DNA of 64,000 nucleotides, taken from the NCBI GenBank assembly GCA_964016885.1, contig OZ024745.1, forward strand, positions 128,154,001-128,218,000, read 5' to 3'. Every line of letters starts with the position of its first letter. The first letter of the stretch is position 1. Source of the DNA: Eledone cirrhosa (lineage: Eukaryota). Below, one piece after another: positions 40,670 through 54,470 of this stretch. The position numbers were made by a program, and so were the translations under genes. The notes below the pieces were generated by a model, which saw only the letters and a list, made by a program, of their open reading frames with translations, was not told the origin of the DNA and made no database searches.

Positions 40670-41907
40670 TTCTGTATGTAAATGTGAACGTGTGTGTATA
40701 TCTGTGTATGTGTGTGTGCGTGTCTGTGTGTATATGTGTGAATGTGTGTGTGTGCGTATATGTGCCTGTGTGCGAATGTGTGTATGTGTATGTGTGTATT
40801 TGAGTGTGTAATTACGTGTGTGCATATGTGTGTGTGTGAATGTGTTTCCGTGTATGTGCGTGTGCGTGTATGTGCGTGTGTGTGTCTGTCTATTTATATA
40901 TATGCATGCATGTGTGTGTACGTGAATTTGTGTATGTGCGTGTATGTGCGTGAATGTGCGTATGTGCTTGTGTGTGTGTGTACGTCTCTGTGTGTATAAG
41001 TGTGCATTGGTATGTGTATATGTGAATGTGTGTGTTCGCGTGCGTGTCTGTGTGTATATGTGTACATGCATGTGTGTGTATGTAAATGTGTGTGTGAGTG
41101 TATGTGCATGTGTGCGTATATGTATGTGTACGTGGATGTGTGTGTTTGTGTGTGTAAGTGTGTGTTTGTGCGTGTATGTGCCTGTGTGTGTGTCTGTGTG
41201 TATATGTATGCATGCATGTGTGTGTATGTGAATGTGTGTATGTGAGTTTATCTTCGTATGTGCTTGTGTGTGTGTGTGTATGTTGTGTATATGTAATTGC
41301 GTGTGTGCGTATGTGTGTGTGTGTGCGTGTATTTGTGTGTACGCATGTGTGTATGTATATGTGTGTGTGCGTGTCTGTGTGTATATGTATCCATGCTTGT
41401 ATGTGTTTGTGTGTGTAATTGAATGTGGACGTATGTGTGTGTGAATGTGTGTGTGCGTGTATGTGTGTGTACGCATGTGTGTGTATATGTGCGTGTGCGT
41501 GCGTATATGTGTGTTTGAGGATGTGTGTGTTTGTGTGTGTAATTGCGTGTGTGCGTGTATGTGTGTGTACGCATGTGTGTGTGTATATGTGCGTGTGCGT
41601 GCGTATATGTGTGTATGAAGATGTGTGTGTGTCTGTGTGTGTAATTGCGTATGTGCGTGTGTGTGTATGCGTGTGTGTGTGCGTGTATGTGTGTGTACGC
41701 ATGTGTGTGTGTATATGTGCATGTGCGTGCGTATATGTGTGTATGAAGAGGTGTGTGTTTGTGTGTGTGTGTATGTGCGTGTGTGTGTGTGCGTGTATGT
41801 GTGTGTATGAAGATGTGTGTGTTTGTGTGTGTGTGTATGTGCGTGTGTGTGTGTGTGTGTGTGTTTGTGTGTGTTTGTGTGTGTGTGTGTGTGTATGTGT
41901 GTGTGCG
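40670..41907. repeat. Long degenerate (GT)-rich cryptic satellite
   Basis: Interrupted (TG)n with recurring tgtgcgtg, gtaattgcg and gtacgcatg sub-motifs. Confidence 0.9.
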
Positions 41908-42107
41908 CCCTATTATGTAAGGCGATCATTATAATGAGCTTTAACCTAAAGTATTAGATCGATATGGTAGTCATGATCAACTAAACCCATTGAAGATGGA
42001 GCCAAAGTAACTCCATTCCGAATGTCTGAAAAATTAATGATAGCAGAAGTGTGCTTTGCATACACACACATGCATTATGGTGGAATATTGGTTATGGATT
42101 TATTTAC

Positions 42108-42140
<33 letters not shown>

Positions 42141-42235
42141 TGTATGTATGTATGTATGTATGTATGTATGTATGTATGTATGTATGTATGTTTGTATGTA
42201 TGTATGGATGGATGGATGGATGGATATGCTGATGG

Positions 42236-42268
<33 letters not shown>

Positions 42269-42327
42269 TGTATGTATGTATGTATGTATATGTATGGATA
42301 TATTGATGTGTGTATGTATGTATATAT

Positions 42328-42582
42328 GTTTTCTCTTTCTCTTAATTTCGAGTATATTTTTGACCGGCCACCTTCCCGGTGGCAAGGTTGTAAAATAAAA
42401 GAAATAGACATCCCTTGAATCGCAAGAATGTTTTGCAAATTTTGAAGGTGACAGCTATCGCAGCCATTTGTAGACTATGAATTAGGGAGCGGCGCTCTTT
42501 GTCCGCAAATCCAAGTTCAGTTATACATTCATCCAAGCGGGTTGGTATATAACCCGTAGCTCCAATAATGATGGGTAAGAAG
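42328..42582 (-). mobile_element. R4/Dong-like REL non-LTR retrotransposon 3' end (subfamily 1)
   Basis: PIIIGATGYIPT.LD.CITELGF..KER..LIHSLQM..I..TFKICKTFLRFKG plus 3'UTR, embedded in (CATA)n. Confidence 0.8.
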
Positions 42583-42675
42583 TTATGTATGTATGGCTGT
42601 ATGTCTGGATGTATGAATGGATGTATGTATGTTTGTATATATGTATGTATATTTGTATGTATATATGTATGTATG

Positions 42676-43498
42676 TTCTTCTGGTTTTATAATTTCACAA
42701 AGTTTTACCAATAGAGAGAGAGTCGGTTTCTAACATAGACACAAGACTGACTCTCATTGGAATTTACACATCAACTAGGTAGATATGTATGTATGCATGC
42801 ATGTGAAGATATGGATGTTATTGTATCTGTGGATGTGGATGTTTTGAGTTGTATGTGTGCATGTGTATATGCTTTGTATCGGTACATGTGTATATGCACT
42901 TATTAGATGCAAAATTTTTGGAATGTTTTACATATTTTTACTGTTCCATTAATGGATTGTACTTGTAATTTCCTAACTAGTTGTGTTCTTTCTGTTCCTG
43001 TGAAGCCCCACTTCTCAAGATTTGTATTGAGGCAGTTACTAACATATCCCAGTGCCCCAATAATCACAGGCATAAATCTGAAGGTGTAATCAGGGTGGAG
43101 TATCTGCAGATTTCTCATCAGTTCTGCATAAATATTCTCCTTTTCACTAATATTTGATATTATATTGTCATTGCTGGGCAGCTAATTTCCACTACTGTGC
43201 ATGCTTTCTTCTCCCTGTCCCATATCATAATATCTGGTTTGTTATGCCTGCATTTTATTGGGGTTTTTACTGGAACATTCCACCAGTACTCTTTCATATT
43301 ATATACATGGATGTCTTCCACACTGTTGTAGCTTTTAATGTGTTTATTATCGGGGCTATCTTTTTTACGAACTGCATTGTACAGGGATTTGCCACTACAT
43401 CATGCCTCATAGGTAGATAGTACCGCGATGACATCTTTGGACAGCTTCTGATGACATGGGTGATATCCTCGATGTTAGTTCTGCAGAGTCTGCACTTG
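42676..43498 (-). mobile_element. R4/Dong-like REL non-LTR retrotransposon 3' fragment (subfamily 2)
   Basis: KCRLC...EDITHVIRSC (CCHC), RHD, EYWWN, KPDIMIWD...VEISCP, KENIY, PVIIGALG: a zinc knuckle plus PD-(D/E) endonuclease. Confidence 0.88.
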
Positions 43499-43528
43499 TG
43501 TATGCATGTATATATGTATGTATGTATG

Positions 43529-44134
43529 TCAGGTCACCAGTTGGTGCTACTGGTAACATGTATCCCAGTACAATCTGTCTCATGGTCGGGACGTTGGCGA
43601 CTAAACTGGCAACCCCACCAAAGTTTCTTGGTGAGGAGGGTGACTTTGGACATCCTGCAGGACTAAAATCAAAACCTGTCAAAGGGCAAAGGAGCTCTTA
43701 AGAGTCAATGCCCATCCAAAATCACCGGGAGAGATGACCCCTTAGCCTTTGTCAAGGCAGAATTCTAGAAGGAAAACTCTGATATAACACCTGCAACCCT
43801 GATGGTATCCAATGATGTTGACTTGTTCTTCTTTTTGGTAACTATCATCTTGGTTAAGAGAGTGGGACTGGCTTTGTGCTGTGCCTTTGATCACTATAAA
43901 AGCTTCACGGCACAGGCATTGCTTTATATCTGGAGATCTCTCTGCACTTGTCGTCACATGGTACCATGGGCCCAGCACTATGTGTCAATAATTGTCACAA
44001 AGTGTAGTGTTTGTACCAGAGTTTTCAAGTCGCTGGCTGGACTTAAAAGTCACACTCGTTCAGCGCATTGGTAGGGGTTCTCCTACATGGACATAAAGTA
44101 GTGGCCGTACTCGAAAACGAGTTGGCAGCCACCA
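43529..44134 (+). mobile_element. ~600-bp non-autonomous RTE-type element
   Basis: RTE-like 5'UTR (ctagaaggaaaactctgat) joined to a 3' end encoding KCSVCTRVFKSLAGLKSHTRSAH (terminal C2H2). (TGTA)n on both sides. Confidence 0.8.
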
Positions 44135-44496
44135 TGTATGTATGTGTGTATGTATGTATGGATGGATGGATGGATATATTGATGTATACGAGGTGTATGT
44201 ATGTATATATGTATGGATGGATGTATTTATGTATATATATATCTATGTTTTGATATATTGATGTATACGAGATGTATGTATGTATGCATGTAGGTATGTA
44301 CATATATGTAGGGATGTATATATGTATGTATGTATATATGTACATATATGTATGTATATATGTAAATATGTATGTATATATGTATGTATGTATGCATGTA
44401 TGTACGTACGTATGTGTATATGTATGCATGTATGGATGAATGTATGTATGTGTATATGTATGTATATATGTATGTATGTTTGTATGTATGTATTGT

Positions 44497-44832
44497 GAAG
44501 GCGCATGGCTTAGTTGTTATACCATTGGCCTTGCAATTGGGAGGTTGTGAGTTCGATTCTCGGACCGGGTGATGCGTTGTGTCCTTGAGCAAGACACTTC
44601 ATTTCACGTTGCTCCAGTTTACTCAGCTGTAGTAATGAGTTGCGACGTCTCTGGTGTCAAGCTGTATCGGCCATAGTTTTTCCCTTGGACAACATCGGGG
44701 CGTGGAGAGATGAGGCTGGTATGCATGGGTGACTGCTGGTCTTCCTCAGACACGCTTTCCCAGACTTGTGCCTCGGCGGGAAACATTCTATGTACAAAAA
44801 CCATGGTCATTAGTGGCCGAAGGGGGTCTTCT
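44497..44832 (+). mobile_element. tRNA-derived SINE with CORE-like domain (family 2)
   Basis: A box tggcttagttg, B box gagttcgattc, then ttgtgtccttgagcaagacacttcattt. Partial copy at 38720-38845 (-). Confidence 0.85.
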
Positions 44833-45221
44833 CTATGTATGTATCAAATGGCGGAAGAACTAATGTAAGCCAACGGCCAGCCAATAAAGTATTTTAGTTG
44901 GCAGCGAAGTGAGACACACCTCTAGGGGTGGTCACTCAGATATAAAACCTGCGATTTTGTTTGCAACCAAAAAGCTTCAGGTTCAGGCATCGCTTGCTAC
45001 GTGAGATCTTTTGCGTCGCATGTCGTGGTTTACCGTAGGCAAGTCCTTAGCAAGACTAAAAAGCCACATCAGTGCTGCTCAAGCAATAGCATTATTCGAA
45101 ATCGAGTTGCAGCCTTCATCATTTATGTATGTACGTATGTACGTACTTACGTACGTATGTATGTATGTATGTATGTATGTATGTATGTATGTATGTATGT
45201 ATGTATGTATGTATGTATATG

Positions 45222-45830
45222 TCAGGTCACCAGTTGATGCTACTGGTAACATGTATCCCAGTACAACCTGTCCCATGGTCGGGTCGTTGGCGACTAAACT
45301 GGCAACCCCACCAAGGTTTCTTGGTGAGGAGGGTGACTTTGGACATCCTGCAGGACTAAAAACAAAACCTGTCAAAAGGGCAAAGGAGCTCTTAAGAGTC
45401 AATGCCCATCCAAAATCACCGGGAGAGATGACCCCTTAGCCTTTGTCAAGGCAGAATTCTAGGAGAAGGAAAACTCTGATATAACACCTGCAACCCTGAT
45501 GGTATCCAATGATGTTGACTTGTTCTTCTTTTTGGTAAATATCATCTTGGTCAAGAGAGTAGGACTGGCTTTGTGCAGTGCCTTTGCTCACTATAAAAGC
45601 TTCACGGCACAGGCATTGCTTTATATCTGGAGATCTCTCTGTACTTGTCGTCACATGGTACCATGGGCCCAGCACCATGCGTCAATAATTGTTACAAGTG
45701 TAGTGTTTGTACCAGAGTTTTCAAGTCGCTGGCTGAACTAAAAAGTCACACTCGTTCAGCGCATCGGTAGGGGTTCTCCTACATGGATATAAAGTAGTGG
45801 CCGTACTCGAAAACGAGTTGGCAGCCACCA
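45222..45830 (+). mobile_element. ~600-bp non-autonomous RTE-type element (second full copy)
   Basis: Highly similar to 43529-44134, with the same termini and (TGTA)n flanks. Confidence 0.85.
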
Positions 45831-46106
45831 TGTATGTATATATGTAGGCATGTCTCTATGTATGGGATTGGCCTCGTGCAAAGCCTTCCCTCACTTAAGA
45901 AAGTTTCAAGCACAGGCATCGTTTGATATGTGACATTTCCTGTTACGCGTGGTATTGTTGATTGTAGGTAATTCCCTAGCTGGACTAAAAAGCCACATCC
46001 GTGAGGCTCATGCTTAAGCATCAAGCGATGGCATTACTCGAAATCAAGTTGCAACCATCATGCATGTATTTACATATGTATGTATTTATTTATGTATGTA
46101 TATATG

Positions 46107-46140
<34 letters not shown>

Positions 46141-46154
46141 TGTATGTATGTATG

Positions 46155-46400
46155 TTATCTCTTTCTCTTAATTTCGAGTATATTTTTTTGACCGGCCACC
46201 TTCTTGGTGGCAAGATTGTAAAAGAAAAGAAATTGTCATCCCTTGAATCGCATATATATACATATATGCGATAGCTGGCACCTTCAAAATTTGCAAAACA
46301 TTCTTGCGATTCAAGGGATGACAATTTCTTTTCTTTTACAACCTTGCCACCAGGAAGGTGGCCGGTCAAAGATATCCTCGAATTTAAGAGAAAGAGAAAA
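46155..46400. mobile_element. Two oppositely oriented REL-element 3' ends (46155-46250 minus, 46268-46400 plus)
   Basis: Both match the 48830-48959 3'UTR and both run out into (CATA)n. Confidence 0.8.
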
Positions 46401-46579
46401 CATATATACATACATACATCAATATATCCATACATATATACATACATACATCCATACATATATCCATACATATATACATACATTAACATATCCATCCATC
46501 CATACATACATACATCCATGTATGTATGTATGTATGTATGTATGTATGTATGTATGTATGTATGTATGTATGTATGTAT

Positions 46580-47135
46580 GATTCTCTTTCTCTTAATTTC
46601 TAGTACCCGCCACCTTCCTGGTGGCAAGGTTGTAAAAGAAAATAATTTGTCATCCCTTAAATTGCAAGAATGTTTTTCAAATTTTAAAGGTGACAGCTGT
46701 CGTAGCCATTTGTAGACTATGAATTAGATAGCTGCGCTCTTTGTCCACAAATCCAAGTTCAGTCATACTTTGGTCCAAGCAGGTTGGTATATAACCTGTA
46801 GCTCCAATGAATGGTATGAAACTGAATGTGTATCTTGGATCTGCAAACTCCTCATCAATGGTCCGTAGATGTCCTCCTTTTCTTCTATTTTTCTTACAAC
46901 GTTGACATAAAGTGGGCAGTTGATCTCTACAACAGAGCATGTTTTCAATATGTGGACCCAAACAACAATATCAGGCCAGTTATGCTTTAATTTGGTGACA
47001 GTTTTTATTTTAAGGATCCACCAGTATTCTTTTGTGCCATCTATCTCAACATATTCTTCCTCATTTGTTTTTAATTTTGTTTTCCTAAGTGCGTTCCAGA
47101 TGGTTCTAGCTATCACATCGTGTCTCATAGGTAAG
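46580..47135 (-). mobile_element. R4/Dong-like REL element 3' fragment (subfamily 1)
   Basis: YLPMRHDVIARTIW...EYWW...KHNWPDIVVW...VVEINCP...EKEDIYGPLMRSLQI, frameshifted. Confidence 0.88.
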
Positions 47136-47719
47136 TATGTATGTATTAACTATCATATCTGCAGCCAGTGGTTTCATGAGATAATACCTGCAGAGCTGCA
47201 GGTTATAGTTCCTTTTCATATCATTTTCCTTTCTTTTGTATACACATTCTCCCTAAACTATGGCTAACAGTCATAATTGGCACTTCTGCAGACATTGTTA
47301 GATCATGAAACAAGTGGTTGCAGATGTCGTATCGTGTATACAAATAATAATATATAAATATTAGCTGTGTTTGCATATATGGAGTGATATTTCTTCTTGT
47401 TGACTAATGAGGCTACAAATGGGTTTTTAGCTTTAAAAGGAAGAAAAACTTTGGAAAGCATGACCCCAGAGCTCATTAAGCTATACCAACAGTGACGAAA
47501 GGCAAGGATTGAATTTCTGAAAAACCCATCATCGGACACTCATGCAGAAAAGTACTAATTAAATTCATAAAACATGTTATGAATAAACAGAAAGTAGAGG
47601 AGCTGGAAAGGAAGGTGGGAAGATTAGAACAGGATTGGTAGAAGCATAACAGTCATAATATATTCAGAACCATTAGAGGGGAATCCTAAAAATACATTGT
47701 TTGCTATGGAAGATTGGCA

Positions 47720-48065
47720 TAGGAAGAAACACATCTTGAAAGGAGAGGTCTTAAGCCTATGGAACAAACCCTATCAAAGACATCTGTACACCTCGTTTAC
47801 GTATGACACTTTGCTTTAGATACCTTTCCAGAGCATCAGGAACCGAATGAACATGAACAAGAGATAAACAGAGAGGAAGTAGCTGAAATAGTTGAGGACA
47901 CGTGTTTCACCCAAAGAGAATTGTTGGTAAGTTTTTGGCAATTGCAGGTTGTTGTTTGAGTTGGGGCTTGCAGGATTGCTGCTTTTTTATGGTATAACCT
48001 CCGATATGTTAAGTGATATCTAAACAGCAGTAGCTAAACTAAATAGTGTTTGGCTTGAAGATCTT
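47720..48065 (+). repeat. ~345-bp segment duplicated at 54989-55335
   Basis: Near-identical sequence taggaagaaa.acatcttgaaagg...tttggcttgaagatctt. The first half resembles a LINE ORF2 linker (..EVLSLW..EQEINREEV). Confidence 0.9.
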
Positions 48066-48635
48066 CTTCTTCTTCTTCTTATGAAGAAAAATCTGGTCTC
48101 GCTTTGGATGGATCCCCAAGCGAGACCAGCCATGCTCAAAGATGTTATCCAATAATTTTTCTCGGGGGTCTGCCCTTGGGTCTCACGCCTGTTGGTTTTG
48201 CCTGTAAAGTCTGTCCAGCGATCCTTTCCTGAGACATCTACCTACAAGCCCATAGTATCTCTCAATTCAGAGAAGTAGACGTTCTATCTGGAATGACTCT
48301 CTCATCACATAGCTAAGCACTCAATCGAGAAATCTTACTCCAAGTACCCTTCGGGTTCATCCAATTTCGGCCGCGATCGTATTCTTTCGGTCATTATGCA
48401 AGATTCATGAGAATAAGTAAGGGTTAGCAGGAATACCGAATTGAAGATAGCGAGTTTGGCTTTTATGCCTATCTCCCTTCTTCTGATTACTGAATACTAA
48501 AGCTGGCGCATTACTGCACTAGCTCCTGCCAATATATGTCATCAGTAACCCTGCAAAAAGCTTGGCTTCCCGTAGCAGCGTGAAATACGAATGCATAAAT
48601 GGTTAACTACTCATTTCCCAGCAATCTGCAACATA
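48065..48635 (-). mobile_element. RTE-clade LINE 3' fragment
   Basis: Minus strand SAVMRQL*YSVIRRREIGIKAKLAIFNSVFLLTLTYSHES... and a (GAA)n tail. 48533-48635 also occurs inverted at 50141-50242. Confidence 0.8.
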
Positions 48636-48666
<31 letters not shown>

Positions 48667-48719
48667 CATACATACATACATACATACATACATACATACA
48701 TACATACATACATACATAC

Positions 48720-48959
48720 ATTGGAGCTACGGGTTATATACCAACCCGCTTGGACCAATGTATAACTGAACTTGGATTGGCGGACAAAGAACGCAGCTCC
48801 CTAATTCATAGTCTACAAATGGCTGCGATAGCTGGCACCTTCAAAATTTGCAAAACATTCTTGCGATTCAAGGGATGACAATTTCTTTTCTTTTACAGTC
48901 TTGCCACCAGGAAGGTGGCCGGTCAAAAAATATACTCGAAATTAAGAGAAAGAGATAAC
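48720..48959 (+). mobile_element. R4/Dong-like REL element 3' end in (CATA)n
   Basis: IGATGYIPTRLDQCITELGLADKERSSLIHSLQMAAIAGTFKICKTFLRFKG* plus 3'UTR. Confidence 0.85.
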
Positions 48960-49276
48960 ATACACACACATACATACAGATATACACACATACATATACA
49001 GACACTTACATACATACATACATACATACACATACATAGATACATACGTACACACATACATACGTATACAGACACTTACATACATACACATTGGTCCAGA
49101 TTTGAAATCATATAAGTTCATATGCCTAAATATAAAAGCACGCATACAAACAAGTAAATACACACTTCCAGAGGCTTATAAAAATACTGGTCAACAATGG
49201 TACGCTGTCTTAGATGAATAGAGGCACAAAAACACCGGCATGTATGCGTACATGTGCATACATCTAGTATAAATAC

Positions 49277-49307
<31 letters not shown>

Positions 49308-49354
49308 CATACATACATACATACATACATACATACATACATACGTATATAACC

Positions 49355-49575
49355 ACATGCATACATACATAGTTATACAGACACATGCATACATACATAT
49401 ATACGTACTTACATACATAGTTATACAGACACATGCATATATACATACATAGTTATACAGACACATGCATATATACATACATAGTTATATAGACACATAC
49501 ATAGTTATACAGATACATGCATACATACATAGTTATACAGACACATGCATACATAGTTATACAGACACATGCATA
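49355..49575. repeat. Minisatellite derived from (CATA)n
   Basis: About 8 copies of acatagttatacagacacatgcat with variable cata spacers. Confidence 0.85.
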
Positions 49576-49712
49576 CGTACATAAAAACCTAAACACATGC
49601 GAACATAGAAACAGAGAGAGAGAAAGAAAGAGTGAGAGAGAGAGAGAGAGAGAGAGAAAAAGTAAGAGTGGGAGAGAGAGAGTGAGAGAGTGAGAGAGAG
49701 AGAGACAGAGAC

Positions 49713-49775
<63 letters not shown>

Positions 49776-50238
49776 TAGACATACACAAATATACACACAT
49801 CTAGATAAAAACAATTTAAAAAGAACCAGATGGAAAACTTAGGGCGAGGATGGAAGAGGGACCAGTGACACTGGGGGGGAAAGAAAAATTAACAAATAAC
49901 AAAATACAAAAGAAAATACACACAAGAAGAAAATAAAACAATAAGAAGGACAACAACAACAACAACAACGATGACGACAATAAAAACAATAACTAAGACA
50001 ACAAAAATGGCTACTAAATATGAACTTCCCTTTACTTCTCACTAAGCACGCCCCAATAGCCGGCCAACACCAACCCACCCCATGACATCGCACCGTTAAC
50101 TCGTCTCTCGGAACGTTGTCTGTTTAGATTTCTCTTATAATCTGTTGCAGATTGCTGGGAAATGGATAGTTAACCATTTTTACATTCGTACATCACGCTG
50201 CTAAGGGAAGCCAAGCTTTTTGCAGGGTTACTGATGAC

Positions 50239-50340
<102 letters not shown>

Positions 50341-50466
50341 TTGTATGTATGTATATATATATGTATATATATATATGTATATATATATATGTATATATAT
50401 GTATATATATATATATATATATATGTGTATGTATATATATATGCTACAATATTTTCTATACCTTTC

Positions 50467-50535
<69 letters not shown>

Positions 50536-50550
50536 TGTGTATATATATAT

Positions 50551-50595
<45 letters not shown>

Positions 50596-50651
50596 TGTGT
50601 GTATGTAAGTGTCTGTGTCTGGGTGTTAGTGTGCTTGTGTTTGTGTGTGTT

Positions 50652-50712
<61 letters not shown>

Positions 50713-51149
50713 CACACACACACACACATATAAGTAGTAAATGTATAATCCTGCTAAGCCATTTGGATCAACAGAAGCAAGAGTCCACTAACTCAACTTA
50801 GTAGAATTAGAGCAGTATACAGCATCGCTGTCTTACCGTCTCAAACTGACGCACATACATATCTTTATATATTTATATATACATATATTTATATACCTAC
50901 GATCGTATGTATATAAACGAAGTATATATAAATATACATATAACGTGGATAGAAGACGGATGTGACATAGGCGTAAAACTATACAGGACTCGATAAATAA
51001 TAGCAGAGTGGTATATATATATATTTATTTGAATACCAACCATGTAATCAGCTATAAATATATATATGCATACCCAGATAAATATACATTCGCATGCATT
51101 CCCAAAACATTTACACACAGATAGACATGCACACACATACACGTAAATA

Positions 51150-51464
<315 letters not shown>

Positions 51465-51608
51465 ATTTATATTTACGTGCTGAGGATCCGCTAAGGTGAA
51501 ACAATTTTTCTCGGTATGGTGAACTACCTATTGTGTAACCACTTCTACCTAACTCGTCCCATGGACTGAGTGCTCTACCACTACGGATATTACGTTCCGG
51601 CGTGCTAC

Positions 51609-51649
<41 letters not shown>

Positions 51650-51897
51650 ATCACATATATTTTTATTGTTTGACCCGAATTACTTGGTCGTTTATTTTGG
51701 CAGTGCGGATGATTTGTTTAACCACCATCTCAGTGTGTTTGGCCCTTAACGTATGTTGTAGCTCTGATTCATATGAATCATCGAGCGCTTGCCACACATC
51801 TCGGAAGTTGATTTTCGTTAATTCCTGAGTTGAAATACGATTCTCGCTAATTTATATTTATATATATAGATATATATTTATTAAAATAACATATTAA

Positions 51898-51948
51898 AGT
51901 TTAAGCAAAGAATCGCTGCTTTCACCCTTAACGAGATCGTCTGAAACT
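51898..51948 (-). ncRNA. Hammerhead-like motif, family G (CAGACGA core variant)
   Basis: Minus strand: aguuu-CAGACGA-ucuc(guuaa)gggu-GAAA-GCAG(cgauucu)UUGC-UU^aaacu. Confidence 0.55.
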
Positions 51949-52003
51949 AACAAAGTCAATCTGTAAACGCAGAAGTGGATATATATATGTATGTGTGTAT
52001 GTA

Positions 52004-52116
<113 letters not shown>

Positions 52117-52139
52117 TGTGTATATACATATTTACACAC

Positions 52140-52316
52140 TTTTGGATGGCCGTTGACTCTTATGAGTTCTTCCGCCCTTTGTCAGGTTTTGTATTTTGTC
52201 CTGCAGGGTGTCCAAGTAAACATGGTGGGGTTGCCAGTTTAGTCGCCGACGACCAGACCATGCGACAGGTTGTACTGGGTTACATGCTACCAGTAGCACT
52301 CAAGAGTGACCCGACA
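52140..52316 (-). mobile_element. 5' part of the RTE-type non-autonomous element (diverged)
   Basis: Reverse complement similar to 45222-45415. Confidence 0.75.
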
Positions 52317-52420
52317 TATATATATGTATATGTGTATATACATTGGTGCATGTGTTTGTATATGCGCGGGGACATAGAAATAGTCGGGCTGGACACCCGA
52401 TCGCGCGGTTAAACCACTGG

Positions 52421-52710
52421 GTGTGAAGGACCCCTAGCCTTTGTCAGACAATCTTCTAGGAGAAGGCAACTCAGGAAACTGGGATAACTCCGATATAAAA
52501 CCTGCGGCTCAGTAGTTACCGATGATGTTGATCTCTTCTTCTTTTCGGGTTATAGCTACTGTCGCTCAGAGAGTGGGATTGGCTCAGTGCACAGTCTTTC
52601 CTCACTTTAAAAAATATCTTCACGCACAGGCATTGTATGATAGATGGAATTAATTAATAATTATTAATAATAGTATATCGTGCAATGGCCATACTCGATA
52701 ACGAGGGACA

Positions 52711-52717
<7 letters not shown>
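52421..52717 (+). mobile_element. Short RTE-type derivative (copy of 18048-18345)
   Basis: Direct sequence match. Confidence 0.75.
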
Positions 52718-52754
<37 letters not shown>

Positions 52755-52914
52755 CGAAGGAGGTGTGGTGAGGAACCAGATGGACCATAACGCACCAGAG
52801 TACTCAATACTTATGGTAGTAGAGGGGGTAATAGGAAAATATTTGATCCCGATGGCGGAGCTCAAGCAGTTTCCACGGCTATTTATGGACTAAATAGTCC
52901 AGAAATAACCGTCG

Positions 52915-52965
52915 AGTTTCAGAAGTTCCCGTTAAGGGTGAAAGCAGCGATTCTTTGCTTAAACT
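52915..52965 (+). ncRNA. Hammerhead-like motif, family G (CAGAAGU variant)
   Basis: aguuu-CAGAAGU-uccc(guuaa)gggu-GAAA-GCAG(cgauucu)UUGC-UU^aaacu. Confidence 0.45.
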
Positions 52966-52980
52966 TTAATCTGTTATTTT

Positions 52981-53030
<50 letters not shown>

Positions 53031-53489
53031 AAGATGTATAAATTCATAAGATGGCTGATAGAAAGGTAAAATTTTAGTATTTGCGACTAGTAAGGCCATT
53101 TCTCAACTTATAAGTTCTTTGGTCGAACTTAAACCGTTTCGGTGGAAGAAAGGAATTACCATTACGAAGAGTGTAAAAATATGTCTTCACGAAGAGTAAA
53201 ACTTTATAGTGGAATGTTAAAATTTACTGGTTTTTAATTACTTTCACTATTCCTATCAAAGGGGTAAAAATACGTCAGAGTATATAACAAGGTAAAACGT
53301 TTTAAAATCTTTTCCCAGAACTAACCATTAAATAGCATGCCATTGTTTACTAGTTGTTAGGTGCCAACCGTATTATGCTTTCAATTCAACTGTACAATTC
53401 ATAGATAATCTACTCTAAACTATCTCTACTCAATACAATAACACATCTCTTATAAGTTATATTCTGCACGTTCTGCATTTAATAATATA

Positions 53490-53910
53490 ACGCTTACCAT
53501 TGGTGCGACTTCTGTCTCTACATGATACTCAGTTCTAATAGCGCCAACAAGGTCTGCATACTTAATAATATTTTCCATTTCCTTTTTAACCACATTACGG
53601 TCTTGAGGGACAGCAATATCAATTAGAAGCCATTATATTTTATTTTTTTAGTGTTGTTAGTTTTTTACAACAATATCAGAGCAGTTGTGCTGGACTTTCT
53701 TTGGGGTCTTGATTTCGAGGTCCCAAAATAACTCTAATCCCTCGCCTGATATGCGGTATGATCGTAACACAGACATTGCGTTTCGATGTTGTTTTATTTT
53801 TCACAACTCCCAATAGACTCTCTTTGCTATAAGATCATACTGGATTTTGTAACGTCTATTTTGCTAATTGCTCACATCCACTAGTAATGTGTGCCACAGA
53901 TTAGTCTGCT
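53490..53910 (-). pseudogene. Decayed R4/Dong-like REL endonuclease region
   Basis: Minus strand SVAHITSGCEQLA ... LLIDIAVPQDRNVVKKEMENIIKYADL. Confidence 0.8.
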
Positions 53911-53924
53911 TTATTATAATAACA

Positions 53925-54470
53925 ATAATAACGATTTCTGATATAGGCACAAGGCCAGCAATTTCGGCGGTGTGGAAAGTCGATTAAATCGACCCCAGTG
54001 CATTACTGATTCTTTATCTTATCGACCACGGAAGGATGAAAGCCAAAGCTAATCTCGACGGGATTTGAATTCAGAACGTAAAGGGCCGTAACTCCATGCC
54101 ACAAAGCCTTTTTTCCGACGCTTGACCAATACTGCCAATTCAATAATGATAATTGTTTCTACTTTAGGTACATTACTGGTGCTTTATTTTATCAACCTCG
54201 TAAGGATGAAAGGCAAAGTTAACCTCGACGGGATTTGAACTCAGACCATAATGGAGCGTAACTCTATGCTGTAAAGCATGGCGTCCGACCCTCTGCCGAT
54301 AATGCAAATGCACCGCTTTTATTCAATAATAATATTCAATTCAGTAATAATAATTGTTTATTTTATCGACAATTCAATAATAATTGTTTCTACTTTAGGC
54401 ACAAGGCCAGCAATTACCCAGTGCATTACTGGTACTTTATTTTATCGACCCCGTAAGGACAATAATAATA
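53925..54470 (-). mobile_element. Three tandem family-1 SINE copies or fragments
   Basis: Repeated aggcacaaggccagcaatt / ggatttgaa.tcaga modules. Confidence 0.85.

Noticed and set aside
43990-44070. C2H2 zinc-finger host gene
   Set aside because: It is a single finger within a repeated retroelement derivative, and it is frameshifted in the second copy.
51473-51540. HHR-like CUGAGGA-ucc(gcuaa)ggu-GAAA-CAAU...AUUG
   Set aside because: The NUH cleavage triplet and proximal stem I are missing. At best a decayed copy.
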